The notes: a model not told the origin generated them from the sequence alone. A stretch of 64,000 bases of DNA from Neoconidiobolus thromboides FSU 785 (GCA_025603075.1 MU626332.1:31053-95052); one strand, 5' to 3'. Positions 10,889-24,962 are shown, counted from the first letter of the stretch. Numbers and translations: made by a program.

Positions 10889-11742
10889 TTAACTAGTAGA
10901 TTCTGGGAAGCTTCTGAAGGTTCTGTCACTAGCTTTGTCGACAGGAGCTTGCATTTTTCCAACAATATCCTCGGAGGGTTGAGTATCAGGAGCACTTGGG
11001 TGTGGTCTAATTGTGTTGTTAGTCAAATAGAATGAAAATATAAAAATACTACCTGGTTGGAACTTCCTCCCTTTTTTTAATAAAATCCTCTACCAACTTC
11101 TTGTTCTCACCCTCACTCAATACTTTGGTTATTTGTGGTAATACAAACTCTTCTTCTTCATCAGAGTGCTTCTTGAATTCCTTTTATAACGTTAGTATAG
11201 TTGATTTTATTTATTAATTTATTTACTTCAAACACTTTATTCAATTTGCTTGAAAATTCTTCAGAATCAGATCTCATGTAATGAGCAGATAGGGAATAAA
11301 GGTCTTCTTTTACATGACGATGCTCATTTAAGGATTTAGAATATTGGTCGTCCCCTAACTTGTCTTTTACAAAAGGGTAAACAACTATTTCTTCAGCGAC
11401 GCTATGGACAGATACTACTTATACGTTAGTAACTATTTATTTTGGTATTAAATGATTACTTTGGCGAATAATCTCATTACTTATCTCCTCCTTATTTTTA
11501 TTTGTAGTCGCTTCTTGAAATAAAGAATACAGATATTTTATCATATCATGTTCTTTTTTGATAGCAGTAGCTAAATCTTCACTTGTAGTATGTTGATACT
11601 TTTTTAAATCAATTACTGTTTTTTCTTGACCTAACATTTTTTGATAAGATACAAAATGTATCTCAGCTTGTTGATATACTTTTTTAGTTGGTGCTATCGT
11701 GGTTAAGTACTTGGCAAATAGTGATATCTTTTGTCTAAACAT
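10889..11742 (-). CDS. Hemerythrin-like HHE cation-binding domain protein, 4 exons, possible mitochondrial presequence
   Basis: Spliced translation contains KKEHDMI, SVHSVAEEIVVYP, NEHRHVKEDLY, KKHSDEEEEFVLP and the fungal-HHE tail PTRPHPSAP...VGKMQAPVDK...FRSFP. Confidence 0.88.
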
Positions 11743-12220
11743 TTACTAACTTTTTTTGCTCAGTAGAGCTTAAAAATGATAAAAGTGATAAAACCAGAAA
11801 ACATTCTTAAATACAAAGTATAATTATGATGCTAAGTATGAATACATGAAGTGATTATTAGTTAATTATTAAAACTTAATTGTAAATAATAGTAAAAAGC
11901 ATTTATTAAACAAGTTTAGATGATCTCTTGATTATCTTAACTATCTTAGATTTTAGCATCATCTTTAATCATCTTATCATTAATACGTTTTAATTACAAT
12001 AAATTTGGTTTTAGAGATCATTATTATTTATTGTGGTATTAAACTTGAGTATCAGTCTTTGATGATTTTATAAAAATTATTTTATAGATTAAAATAAAAA
12101 CAAAATAGTTCGTTTATCAGAAAACTAGTTAACGTTTAAGATATTTTAGTAGTAATAAATAAATTATCATAGTTTTATTAACTAGCACTTTAAAGATTTT
12201 ATTGACATTAACTTTAAATT

Positions 12221-12315
12221 GAGGATGTATTTTTGTGTTTAAGAATTTTACTAACGATTTTTCTTAAATAGTGCTTAAAAGATGAAAAAAGTAATAAAGT
12301 CAAAAAAATACCCTC
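12221..12315 (-). mobile_element. ~98-bp MITE, copy 6 (degenerate)
   Basis: GAGGATGT...ATACCCTC with the shared internal sequence; flanks AATT/ATAT. Confidence 0.75.
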
Positions 12316-12399
12316 ATATGATAGAATAAACTTTTATAGTATGTAATATTAGATAAAACATTTATTTTGTTAATATTAGCAGCTTAGCGATTGTGATAG

Positions 12400-13080
12400 A
12401 ATAGGGATTATCTGATCTTTCTCTGGTAATTCTCTAACCTATCACGAGCTTTATCAGTAGGAGCTTCCATTTTCCCGACCATGTCTTCAGCAAGCGAACT
12501 ATCAGGAGCACTTAGATAGGGTCTATTAATAAGGGTAAATAAATTTTTTATAATATGTAATTCGATTTACCTGATTAGAACTTCGTCTCTCTTTTTTGCA
12601 AAATCATGAGCCAAAATATTAATTTCGTCACTATTTAATAATTTATACATCTTTGGAACAAGGATCCTTTCTTCTTCATTCTCATGCTCTTTAAACTCCT
12701 ATTAAAAGTAAGTATATATAGCAACAACTTGATACTATATCACAAGGGTTCGATCAATTTTAGACTGAAATTTTTTGGTTGCTAGATCTCTATAGCAGTT
12801 TGACAACAGATAAAGGTCTTCTTTTAGTATAGGATACTCATCCAAGGATTCATAATATGGGAGTGTTTTTTTAACTTCATTATTTTTTCCGTTTTTTAAG
12901 CGCTATTTAAGCAGAAAATTTGGTAGTAAACTCTTAAACATAAAAATACATCCCCGTATTTTGATCCCCTAATTTGTCTTTAATTACTCTATATAAATCG
13001 ATTTCCTCAATAACATTATGAATTGAAATTATATAAAAAGTTGTTATTGAAGTTTATCCATATTAATCTTTGAGCTAACG
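12400..13080 (-). pseudogene. Hemerythrin/HHE pseudogene interrupted by a MITE
   Basis: HNVIEEIDLYRVIKDKLGDQ-[MITE]-YESLDEYPILKEDLY...EFKEHENEEERILVPK...KKRDEVLIR|PYLSAPDSSLAEDMVGKMEAPTDKARD. Confidence 0.85.
12859..12955 (+). mobile_element. ~98-bp MITE, copy 7 (exonic insertion)
   Basis: GGGAGTGT...ACATCCCC; flanks ATAT/GTAT; homologous coding sequence continues on both sides. Confidence 0.9.
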
Positions 13081-13089
13081 TTGACACAT

Positions 13090-13182
13090 AAGAGTATTTT
13101 ATAGCTTCATTACTTTTTCTATCTTTTAAGCACTATTTGCACAGAAAATTGTTAGTAAAATTCTTAAACATAATACATCCTT
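13090..13182 (+). mobile_element. ~98-bp MITE, copy 8 (degenerate)
   Basis: Internal cttcattactttttct...aagcactattt...gttagtaaaattcttaaaca...tacatcc. Confidence 0.7.
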
Positions 13183-13695
13183 AAATGAATTGCTTTATAG
13201 ATTTAATCCGACAAAAGTAAACTGTTATAAGATAAAGCAACATTTAGATTTGAACAAGTTAATATAATAAATGTCAGTATTTCGGCACCAGTATAACTGA
13301 AAATCAAGTTTAAAAATGTTAGACGTTCTATAGAGTAGAAGTGGATTTTTGATGGTTTTTCAATAGTTGTAGATACAACAAAAATAAACCAAAATGCAAA
13401 AATTAGAGTAAAGATTTTGGTATTTCTAAATGGCATTTTTATACTTTGCTTTATTGGAAGTGTTGTAATATTAAAAAGTATTAACGTTCTAAATGCAATA
13501 TCCTTAGAATTATAAATAGTAAAATTTATCGACATTTTAACTATATGGGTTTAAGGTGTAACTTAAAATAAACACTTCTTGAATATAACACAAGTTATTC
13601 GTTTATAATAGTATTTATTATAAATATTGTGAATCATATAATACAGACTAACTTGGTTGACATTGATTAATTTTTTAAGTGATCTTCAATCATAT

Positions 13696-13788
13696 GGGGA
13701 TGTTTGTTTTGGCTTCACTTTTTCTATTTTTCAAGTTCTATTTGAGTGGAAAGGTTATTAATAAAATTCTTGAACAAAAAATATCACT
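13696..13788 (+). mobile_element. ~98-bp MITE, copy 9
   Basis: GGGGATGT left end, eroded right end, ATAT on both sides. Confidence 0.78.
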
Positions 13789-15660
13789 ATATATTTTGAG
13801 TAAGGTTTTCTAAAAAAGTGGAGTAATATTTTGTTTTGAATGAAATAAATTTTGATATTATATAATATTTGTAATAAAACAAATATCGGCTAATTAAGTC
13901 AGAACTATTTAGACTGATTGATATATTTTATACTGATTTTTACTATAGATATAGTTGGTTAATAAAATTCTATAAGATCTGACTCTATTATGTTATAATA
14001 AAAATATAAGATAATACCAATCTACACTTCTATAAACTTTTATAGCAGCTTTTTGTTATTAAATTATAAAAACATACATAAATAATATAAAAATACTTTA
14101 TTCAGTATAGACTAGATGCTGAGGATTTTTTAAAAAGCTATACTAGAATGAAGATAAAAATAAACCTACTCAATCAGCTTGATACTATTGTTTCTTAATT
14201 TAATTGGATCAATTTAATTAAGAGTTGAATAAATGGTATGATGTTATGAAAACTATTCTATGACTTAAATATAAAGCAATAATAATATCTTTATAAAAAG
14301 CATTAAAGATCAAAAACTTTGTTGGTTTTGATATTGGTCTTTCGTAAAAACCAACACTTACATCATTATTTCTCTTCCTATAAAAATTAGTATTTAATTT
14401 TAGTTATATGAAGGAAGTTTACTTATTAATGAGAATTATAAAAGTTTATTATAGGTAATATTTAAAAATATAAAATATAACTGGAAGACACATTACGTTG
14501 TTTAATACATAGAGCTATTGACCTTTTCAAGCTTCTATAACTTTAGTACTTTCTCATCAACTCAAGTGACCCCTGGGCTTATTTTCAAAGATAATAGCTT
14601 AGTGGGAAAATACAAGGAATTTATAATATAAAATGTTGTTAGTTTAGTTTCAAGCCAATATGTGGTTCAAAGTAATAAACTGCTTTTTTTAATGCATTGT
14701 AATTTAAAACCTTATTCACTTATATTTACTTAAATAACTCTAAATAACTCTAAATAACTCTAAATTTAATATTAAATTGTCTTTGAGGTTACATTTGACT
14801 ATATATATTAATTGACAATACTCATAAAGCTTTAAGGCCATTTATTAAGTTTACGTATCTTGTTTATTATATCCAACCATGGACTCGTTTAAATTTAATC
14901 CAAAGTTTCTAAAAGAATGTTAATTTTTATGACTATTATTCTGAATCAATGTCTTATATAATACTTTAAATCAGTAATTCAATTATATTATAAGAATTAA
15001 CTGAAACAACGTGTTCAAATCAAGGGTATAAAAGTATTAAGGGCTAGGAATCAAGCTATGGATTATATTGCATATATGTATACCCCTTATATATAAAAAT
15101 AAATACCTTTAAACTTAATGGAGCAGGAAGTCATAATCTAGCTTTTAATATTTGTAAAAACTTAACTTTAATGAGTGCCATTAAGTATTAAATTTTTTAC
15201 TTATTACATAATAAGTAATGAAGTTATTAAAAATAATCAGTTCTCATGCCATCAATACTACTTTCGTATTATAGTGTTATCCTTATAGGCGGAATTTAAA
15301 GCTTTGAATCATTTCTTAAGTGGGTATACTATCTCCTTAATACATTATACACTACCATATACATAATTGAATAGATTCTAGAATCTTTTGGAGTTAATAA
15401 ATGAAAATTTTGGCTAAAAAAATAAAGCAAGGATATTAGTGCGGGTTATTTTATCAATTCAGTTGATAGTTTTGATTTGTTAATGATTAAGTCATGCTTC
15501 CACTTGAAGCCAAGAATTCTAAATCGAAACAGGCCCTATTTTTTCTCAATAGAAAACTTAGAATTTTTTTGATTTCCTAATTAAAATTTATTGTAAAGCA
15601 ATTTTATAACACTTATTGAAATATAAAAATTAATGTTTATCTTTCTAAGGTATAGCTACA

Positions 15661-16830
15661 ATGAACAAAAATTGTATAACAACAAAAAAAAATTCCAATA
15701 ACGGCTTAAAGCCTTCTTTAAGGAGTAACCAGAATACCTTTGTACATAAATTGGGAACGTAAGTGTTTATTTAATCGATAATAACTTTAATTAATATCCC
15801 TATTAGATTAATTAATGATCCAAATATACAGGACTCTATCTATTGGAATACAGATGGGCGCTCATTTACCGTAAAAAACATTGATAAGTTTTCCAAAACT
15901 GTGTTACCTTTACATTTTAAGCACAATAATTTTTCAAGTTTTATTCGCCAATTGAATATGTAATTTTAATATTGAACACTTAAAGAATAATTTTTAATCC
16001 CTTTTGTATTAGGTATGGCTTTCATAAAGTAAATAGATCACCTAGAGGTCATAGAAGTGATCCAGCATTTCAAACATGGGAATTCTCACATAAGTTATTT
16101 GTAAGGGATAAACTGGAACAAATCAATGATATTAAAAGGACAACAAATGATGCGGATTCAAGTATGAAAAATAGTCCATCGCCAGATATTCATTCCCAAG
16201 TAGCTTTGATGTATAGTCAACAAAAAGAGATGGTTAATACAATCCATTCCATGTCAAATGAAATACTTCAACTTCGAAGGGAGTTAAGTGAAGCAAATAG
16301 AGTGCAACAAGTTCAACAACAAGTCATAAGGAAGATTACTAATCACTTGCAAAATATTAATAGCTCAAGTAATAACAATAATAATAATAACATAAATAAT
16401 TCGAACAATAACCAATTAGGTAAATTAATAAAGCTTGATAATTTATATGTATATTAATAATATTATTATAGTAAATAGTGATCAGGCACAACCTACAATT
16501 TTTATTACGCCACCACAGGCTCAAAACAATAGCAATATGTATAACAGCTTAAGCCCCATGCCACATAATGGAAATTCACCAATTATGACCCAAGGACAAG
16601 ATTATTATTTTAACACCTCAATGAATCAAGAGTTTCAAAATAATATGTTGAATATTAACAATATGAATTTAAGTCATCTTTCGCCCGGGTTAGCACCTTT
16701 AGGATCGGAACACTCATATACAGAGGAAATTAAATTTTCTCCACGTTCACCAATAGTTTATAAGCCTCATGATAACTTTTATAGGTCTAATATTAGTGAT
16801 TCGAATCCAGACGAAGTTTCTCCAAAATAA
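15661..16830 (+). CDS. HSF-type DNA-binding transcription factor, 4 exons
   Basis: NTFVHKL|...YWNTDGRSFTVKNIDKFSKTVLPLHFKHNNFSSFIRQLNM|YGFHKVNR...WEFSH...; coiled coil (EILQLRRELSEANRVQQ); Asn-rich tail. Confidence 0.9.
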
Positions 16831-17578
16831 GTGGTTATCTTTGTTGCTCTTTTTTCTCTATATTCTTTTAAGGATTTTAAATATTAGTTTTTATTTTTTA
16901 ATAACATCTATCTATGTAAATTTATTTTTATTAATTAGTTTATCTTTTTAATTTATTAAATGTCTTACTTAAAACTTCAAGTCTTTTATGCTGAAATATA
17001 TGGTGGTTATATTAAAAAATATACACTTTAATTATTATTTTGTAGATTGCTCTTAAAGTTTGATTTATAAATTGTGTTAAATTATCTTCACTTACCTTAA
17101 ATTATAGATTCAAAAATAATAGAATTTACATACCCATCACTTACATAAAAGCTTTAAGAAATGACTTACTGCTATTTTTTATATATAGTGATAAATAAAC
17201 TATTATACGTTAACACATTTCTGCTAAAAGATTTCAATATACAAATTATTCATTAAGTATGACTAAAAAACGATATATCAAAATAATAAATTAAATAAAA
17301 GAACATGGTTTAAAACAATAACCTGTATATTAAATAGGGACACATATTAAATAAACATCGCATATATTAAATAATTCAACAAGTAAAAAAACAAAGGCAA
17401 CAATTAAGCCTGCTAAACAAAAGAAATTAGAAGTCAAAGTTTTAATTCTATAAAACTAAAGAAAACATGAAACAATTTTATTTTTAATCAAACTCAAAGT
17501 ATTAAAATTTATTTATTACTTTTTTGACAATGATTAATATAAGGTATAGTTATCACTTTAGATGGTTAATTAAATTTT

Positions 17579-18251
17579 TTAAGCTTCACTCTTTTCAACT
17601 TTTTCTTCAGTTACAGCTTCTTCAGCTGGAGTTTCTTCAGCATCAATAGCAGCTTTTTCACTAAAATTAAGTCAAGATTAACCATTATTCACTTAATATT
17701 AATTATTATAAAATTACAAGTTTTCAACTAAATCTGGGATATCATCTTCTCCATCTTTACCAGCATTTGGGTTTAAATGTTGATAAGTTTCAGCTAATTT
17801 ACGGAGAGAAGCAAGGGATTCGGGGCCAAGTTGATTAAGGATACCTGGTACAAGTTCGGTAATTTCTATGCAAAAGTTTAAGTAAAAAAGAATAAAAAAG
17901 AAACTTCCAAAACATACCTTTATCAGTGGATGGACCGCTAATGACGAAAGTAGCACCATCAGTACCAGCGAAAACTTTAAAATATCGTTATTTAAAAAAA
18001 GAAGCATTAATAAAAATAATAAAATTGTTACCTTTTGGATCAGCAAAGTGGAGTACTTTACCAGCGTCACCAAACATGTTGACTTCTTGAATATTTGATA
18101 ATGGAAGTACATCTAATGTTTTGACCACTTTTTCTAAGTTTTTATCACCGAGTCCTTTGGAACCAGTAGATTTAAAAACTTTACGACGTGGGGTACCTTT
18201 ACCACCAATACGTACTTGATTTTGGAGTTTAGCAAGTTTTTCAGGATTCAT
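17579..18251 (-). CDS. EGD1: Nascent polypeptide-associated complex beta subunit (BTF3)
   Basis: [68 protein letters not shown]; 4 exons. Confidence 0.95.
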
Positions 18252-19838
18252 CTTTTATATATAAAATCAAAATGTTAATCTCTTGACTCCATTTTTTTTC
18301 TGCTGTGTTTGGTCCAACATATTTAAGATATAAAAAAAATGGAACGAAAATGGATGGGACTTTTATTACACTGTTTTGAAATAAATTGGGATTTACTAAC
18401 CTTAATCAACTTAATATACAATTTTTAAAGTATACAAAGAAAGGACTTATTATGCTAGCTTGACCCCCTGCTGAAAACAATTTTTGATATTTTTTGTCCA
18501 ATGTAAGCTACCTTTGTGAAAAAATTAGAATTTGTTTTTAATTTAACCAATCAATGTAAATTACGCATTTTGTTTCGAAAATTACAACCAATTATTTTGA
18601 ACTTTATTTTTAAAATCCCATGAATAGTATTAGAAATCCTTTTTTTTTAATTGTTTCGAGTTTTAGAATCAAGCGAAAATTTTGATTTAGATTTGTTCAA
18701 TTTTTTGATATTATATTTGGTATATTAGTTCACTTCTTTGAACTATGTGAACTAGTTTATTTATTTTTTAAAATAAATTATATTCGATTTAACTCAATCC
18801 TTTAATTATCTAAATAAACTTTATGTTTACATTTTTAAACGCTAAGATCCTTTTTTAAAAAAATAGTAAACTGAATATTCAAATAATATTCTTAGCTTGT
18901 TTTTTTAACTAATTGAAATTATTCTACAGTTCACTTTAAAAGTGACAATAAAAATACTGAAAAAATAATATAGTAAAAAATAGAGCAATTATAATATAAA
19001 GTCAATGTTACTAAAATAACTTCAATTTTAAAACAAACCGTTTTTGTTATTTAAACTGATAACTAAAAATACGAATATTTCATCAACAGAATCAAACTGT
19101 GACCTCAAAAGTAAAAATAGGGAAAAAAATTAAGGTTCGAAAAAAGGAAATAATTATCAAGAACATACACACTAAAATAAAATTCATAATAACCTATTTA
19201 TTTATTATAAACTCTAAACTATGTTAAGTTGCTTCATATCAACATCAAAAATAAACAAAGTTAAAAAAAGGCTTAATTTACCATCAATTACCATTGACAT
19301 CATAAAGATCATATTTAAAAATCTCATTGGTTTTTTAAGATGAATAAGGGAGGAATTCGTTCAATAAGTTGAATTTACAAATTAACACCCGACTTTACAG
19401 ATAATCTATAGATCTAATTCGCTTATTTTATTATCCTGGAGAAATTAGGTAACTACAAAGTAAAGAATGAACATTGACAAAAATTTAGAAGGTCAAAAAT
19501 TAGTTAGCTGAATTTTCATCACTTTAAAGTTTTTGAATTGAGTTTTAAAAGTTCAAGTTTGTATTTTTAATATAAAAAAGATAAAGTTTTGCACTTATTA
19601 TCCAAGATTGGATATTTATTTGAAAGTTGGAAAATTGAGTTTTGGTAAGTGTTCATTCGACTATTACTTACTAATTAGTTATAAACAGTGACTTGAGTAT
19701 TTTGTTGTTAAATACTTTGTAGATAATCACTGTGTTCGTAGTTAATTTAAACTACCATTCCCTATTTCTATTTATATCTTCATTTATTCATCCTTAAGAC
19801 ACTAGTATTAATCTCTTAATTATTTATCTAGTTAAGAA

Positions 19839-20872
19839 ATGGCAGAAGAAGGCAAAAATAGGTGATTATTTATAAAATGAACACAAAAATCGGCAATAAA
19901 CTTATCATTTGTTTATTTTAGTGTTGTAATCAAAGTAGGTATGGTAGGGGATTCACAAATTGGAAAAACAAGTTTAATGGTAAAATACGTTGAAGGATCA
20001 TTTGATGAAGATTATATTCAAACGCTTGGTAAGTGAGGTTGTTTCAAAAGATTTTGTTTTTTAAAACTGAAGAATTTATTGACTATTTTGAATTCTTATT
20101 TTTTTATAAATTAGAAGTAGAATTTTAATATTAATTTATTTTTTATTACTTTTAGGTGTTAATTTTATGGAAAAAACAATATCTATTAGAAACACTGAAA
20201 TTACTTTCTCAATATGGGATTTAGGAGGTAACTCATTAATTCACTTCTCATGTGTTACAAAACATTAACCCATTTCTTCCTTCCCACTCTTAGGTCAACA
20301 TGAATTTGTTAATATGTTACCATTAGTATGTAATGACGCTGTAGCAATATTATTTATGTTTGATTTATCAAGAAAAGCAACTTTAAATTCAATTAAAGAA
20401 TGGTATCGTCAAGCTCGTGGATTTAATAAAGTAATTTATTATAGATTGTTAGAAGATGAACAACTAAATGGATGCTAATATTTGAATTTTAATAGACTGC
20501 TATGCCCTTTTTAGTTGGTACTAAATATGATCATTTTGCTAGTTTTAATAGAGAAGAACAAGAAGAAATAACAAAACAGGTAATTGGGATCAATAATTTT
20601 ATTAAATAATAATAATATATAGTATATTATATTAGACAACAATAAGATCTATTCTAAAAAATTAATACTCATTATAATTTTAATTCATATAGGCACGTAA
20701 ATTTGCGAAAGCAATGAGGGCGCCATTAATATTTTGTTCTACATCCCATTCTATCAATGTACAAAAAGTATTTAAAGTGGTATTAAGTAAAGCGTTTGAT
20801 CTTAAATGTACTATTCCAGAGATTTCAGATATTGGTGCACCTATACTTGAGTATGAAGTTGGGTCGGAGTAA
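19839..20872 (+). CDS. spg1: Septation/mitotic-exit GTPase Spg1/Tem1, 6 exons (not in the ORF track)
   Basis: [36 protein letters not shown]|[24 protein letters not shown]|[27 protein letters not shown]...LVGTKYD...[15 protein letters not shown]...[10 protein letters not shown]. Confidence 0.95.
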
Positions 20873-21265
20873 ACAATGATTGTAAAAGAAAAGAGATGTG
20901 TAGTTTTTGCAAAGCTTGTTTGTTAGATTCATTCATAAATTGATACAGATTATAATGTTAAAATTATACGTCCCACTTTTTCTCAATGGTTAGTTTAGAA
21001 TAGTATTTTAAGCTTCAATTTTTGTCCTACCTCTTCACTTTCTTTAATATTTTTTCCTTTACTATTAACTTTTAATCGGATCACCCTTTTTTGACATTAA
21101 AGTTTTCAAACCTTTAGTTTTTATTATTTTCAAATAGAAATGTCTAGAAAAATAGATGTCATTATATTTGATTATTAAAATCTCAATTCTTGACTTTTCA
21201 AATTTATTTCTTGAAAATCTTAAAACATTAAATTTTATCATTCTTTAAAATAGATAAACATAGTT

Positions 21266-21647
21266 GAGGAAAGTTCATGAAGTTTGAAGAATAAATAGAT
21301 TCGATAAGATGTACAAGAGAGTGTTTTGGAGAACCGTATTATATGTATTAGAAATAGAACACATACAAAGTTTTCTATTAATTGAACCATTTGTATATAA
21401 TTAGAAACTTAGGAAATATTTACTATTAAGATATCAATTTTTTAGTCATTTTCCTTAATTTTTAATCAAAGATTATGTTTCATTAAGATATACTCTTGAT
21501 GCTTGAATTATATCTCAGAGGTGAGTAATTCAATCAATACAGAGCTTGGTATGTGTTCTATTTATAATACATAATAAGATCCTCTAAAAAATACTCGCCC
21601 ACATTTTCTTTAAACCCTTCATTCTTCAAATTTTTTGAAATTTTCTC
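21266..21647. mobile_element. Degenerate ~380-bp fold-back/MITE-like element with ~115-bp imperfect inverted arms
   Basis: 21266-21387 pairs with 21525-21647 (e.g. atgtattagaaatagaacacatac vs gtatgtgttctatttataatacat). Confidence 0.7.
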
Positions 21648-21743
21648 ACAGTTATATGATTCTATACTACATTACTTTAGAATATAATATTTAATCTTTA
21701 TATTTTTATATTTCTATAATATTCTATAATTTATTTATAACAT

Positions 21744-24051
21744 TTAATTTTTTAAGAATGGAGGTAAATAAGCTGGTAATTCATCCCATTCTAGTGGTAA
21801 TTCTAAATCTGGATAAGAAGTTTCATTTAAGGCACCTAATGGAGCATTTGAATTAAATTCCATTGAATTGACTAAACGAGGATAAATGTTATTAATACTT
21901 AAATCCTTAGCCTCATTATTTGTTAATTCTAATTTATTCGTGTTCTACAATAATAAAATAGGTTAATAAGTATTAAATGTAAGAGGGAAATAAAATAAAT
22001 TTACTATAAATTCATGATATTTAGTTTCCATATCAATTATCTCTAAAGTGCTATTTTTTATTTTTTTTGTTATTGATTTGAAGTTATTGTCATCAATTTC
22101 GTGTTTTGAAATCTAAAATAAAATAAAATAAAATAAAATAAAATAAAAAATGATAATAAATCATTTTAACTTACGCTTTTCTTGGAATTAATAATTAATT
22201 TAACTAATTGTAATTGATTTTTAAAATCATCAATTAAATTGGAATTTAATGAATAAATATGATTTAATATCATTAATGTACTAATAATAATTAAATTAAA
22301 TAATTAATCAAAAATAAAAATATACTTACTAAATATTAGGTTTTCTTAAACAAATATGAATTATATAATCTAATTCAATTTGTTCAAAATTTTCTTCTAA
22401 ATTAAAACTCAAACTAATAATTTCTTTACTCCAAGCGACTAGAAATTGAATTATTAATATTATAGTATAATAATATTATAATATTACCTAAACTTAACAT
22501 ATAACTGTCATCAAGGTCTTGATTTTTATCCGAATTATTCTAATAATTAATTAATTAATATTAAAACTCTGTCCACATATCACAACAAACAATAATAAAC
22601 TTACTAATCCTAATAAATCCATTGTTGTAGAAGATAAATCAACTAGATAAATATTAATAACTACAATATAGTAATAAACAAAATACATAATTTACATTCT
22701 ATAGATTCTAATTTATCAATTAAAGCTAATAATAAAGCTTCTAAAAATGCTTGATACTTTTCAGCTAATAGTTTCATTAACGGTAACCATAAATTTAATT
22801 GATTTTTATCTAACTTTAAATTATTCTTGGTTGGGCGTTTTCTAAAATCGAATTGTTATTATTGTTATAAACTTTTTTCTTATATAAATAATATAACTTA
22901 CTTTTTTCTTTGTGGAATTAAAAAAGAAGGTTGAATTAAATTATTAATTATCAAATTTAAATACAAATTTATATTTTTTCTTCTAAAAAAATTCATCACT
23001 ATTCCTTTTTCTTTACCGACTAGTTTCATTCCATCTTCTTCTTCGTTATCTATATGCATCCATATTTAATATTGGTTTATTAAAACAATAATAAACAACA
23101 TAGTATCAAATATAATACGATATTGTTACTAATTTACCTTTTAACCAAGCTTTTCTTAATTGTTTATAACTAATTAGTAAATTGTTGACTATTTCTACAT
23201 CTTCCGTTGATTGATGTATTATTTTATTCCAGTAATGAACATTCAACCATTCCAAAGCCTATAATAATAATAAAAAATTAATATAAATAATTATACTCTT
23301 AAATCTCAACCCAAGTCATTCCTCAAATTTAATAAAACTAATTAGTCAAAAACAAAATTTAAACCTACTTCTTTTGCATAATCTCTTAATATTTGAATTT
23401 TAGGTAAATTACCATGAGTAGCTGTATGACGAAGCATCACAAATTTAGGTGGTAATTGAATATTTTTAGCAATAATATGAATTGGTTTTGCATATTTACT
23501 TGTTTGTTCAGGATCAATAATACCATTAACAAATCTAAATCAAAAAGATTACTATTAAATAATAATGAGAGAAATATTAATAAAACTATAAAAACGGATA
23601 TAAATGAATTTTGCTTTTTGCTTTTTATTACCTTATTAAAGCCATTGAATATAACATTCTTAATTCAATATCATTAAAATTTTTTACTTGTTGTTCATAA
23701 TCTTTAATAATAACTTGATAAAATAACATACTACACTCAATACTACAAGGCAATTTTCCACGAATATACCATGCTTTAATCTGTTTAATTTGTTAATAAA
23801 TAAATAAAACTGAATCAAATTAATCAATTAATAATAATATTCGATGAAATAGTTTATTAATTTTACCATTCTTATTTTATATATTATTATTATTATTATT
23901 ATTCTATTAATTATTGTTAACTTACTCTTTTTAAAGCCCATAGCAATTTATCATCGTTATTGGGTTGTTTCGATATTGGAAATAAAGCCTCTTTTACTGA
24001 TTGAAATTCTTCAATATTAGTCCATGGTACGATTGTTGGTATAAATTTCAT
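21744..24051 (-). CDS. LAS1: Las1 HEPN endoribonuclease (pre-rRNA ITS2 processing), multi-exon
   Basis: N-terminal PTIVPWTNIEEFQSV, IKAWYIRGKLPCSIE, HEPN motif LRHTATHGNLP. Internal exon boundaries are approximate. Confidence 0.8.
22114..22148 (+). repeat. (TAAAA)7 microsatellite in a LAS1 intron
   Basis: Read directly from the sequence. Confidence 0.85.
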
Positions 24052-24229
24052 TTCTTTTTTAATAAAAAATAAAAGTAAAAATTGTTTTAATGTAGAATTA
24101 AAGTTAAATTATTCTTTTTATTCAAGCCATTAATTTTTAACTATTATGTTGAAAACCAATAATTATATTAAAAATGAAAAATAAAAGTTTATATAAGAAA
24201 ATACATCAATTTTATTTCAACCATACTCG

Positions 24230-24962
24230 TTAATAAAGAGATTTGGCTGCCAACTTCCATTTATTAACTACCATATCCACATCTTTTTCTTGTATTCCCT
24301 TTTCTTTTAAAAACCCTTCCAATTCTGTCCAGAATTCAACATGCAACAATTTCTGTTTTGTTTCCTCACACACTGTCTTATCCTTTTCGCTTTCCTTTCC
24401 TTCAATTAATGAATTTCCTTCTTGTTGATTCTTTTTCTGTAAATAAACTGTACTATTACTATCAATATTTAACTCGAACATTTTCTTATCATCCCCTAAT
24501 GGTCTTCCTTTTAATAATAAACGTTGATTCGATACTGGAATAGAAAGCTTTTTTTCAATGATATGTTTAATATCAAGAATAGTATGAGTTTTAGTGATAT
24601 TAGGGATCATGGATTCCATATTACTATTGAGATATTTGAATTTTAAATGGAAAGGGACTATTTAAATTGATTAAGTATTAATAACTAAATTACGTGGTGG
24701 AAGAGTAAATGAAACTTACCATCATCTTCGGTTTCAGATATTAAATATGATTTTCGTTTGAAAACAGATGGTAACTAATTAAATGAAGAATTAATTAGTT
24801 TTAATTTGTATAAAGTGATTTACTTACAGGTTCTAATTCACCGATTTTAAATACTGCATTAGGAAATAATTGGGATTGTATTGATTTGTAATTAGAACTA
24901 GAATCACGTTGATCCAAAGAAGTTAACATATCTTGAATAAATAAATCCTCAGTTGTAGTCAT
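24230..24962 (-). CDS. GET5: Ubiquitin-like domain protein, Get5/Mdy2/UBL4-like
   Basis: UBL (TILDIKHIIEKKLSIPVSNQRLLLKGRPLGDDKK) plus C-terminal EFWTELEGFLKEK dimerisation-type motif; two short upstream exons from ATG 24962. Confidence 0.75.
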
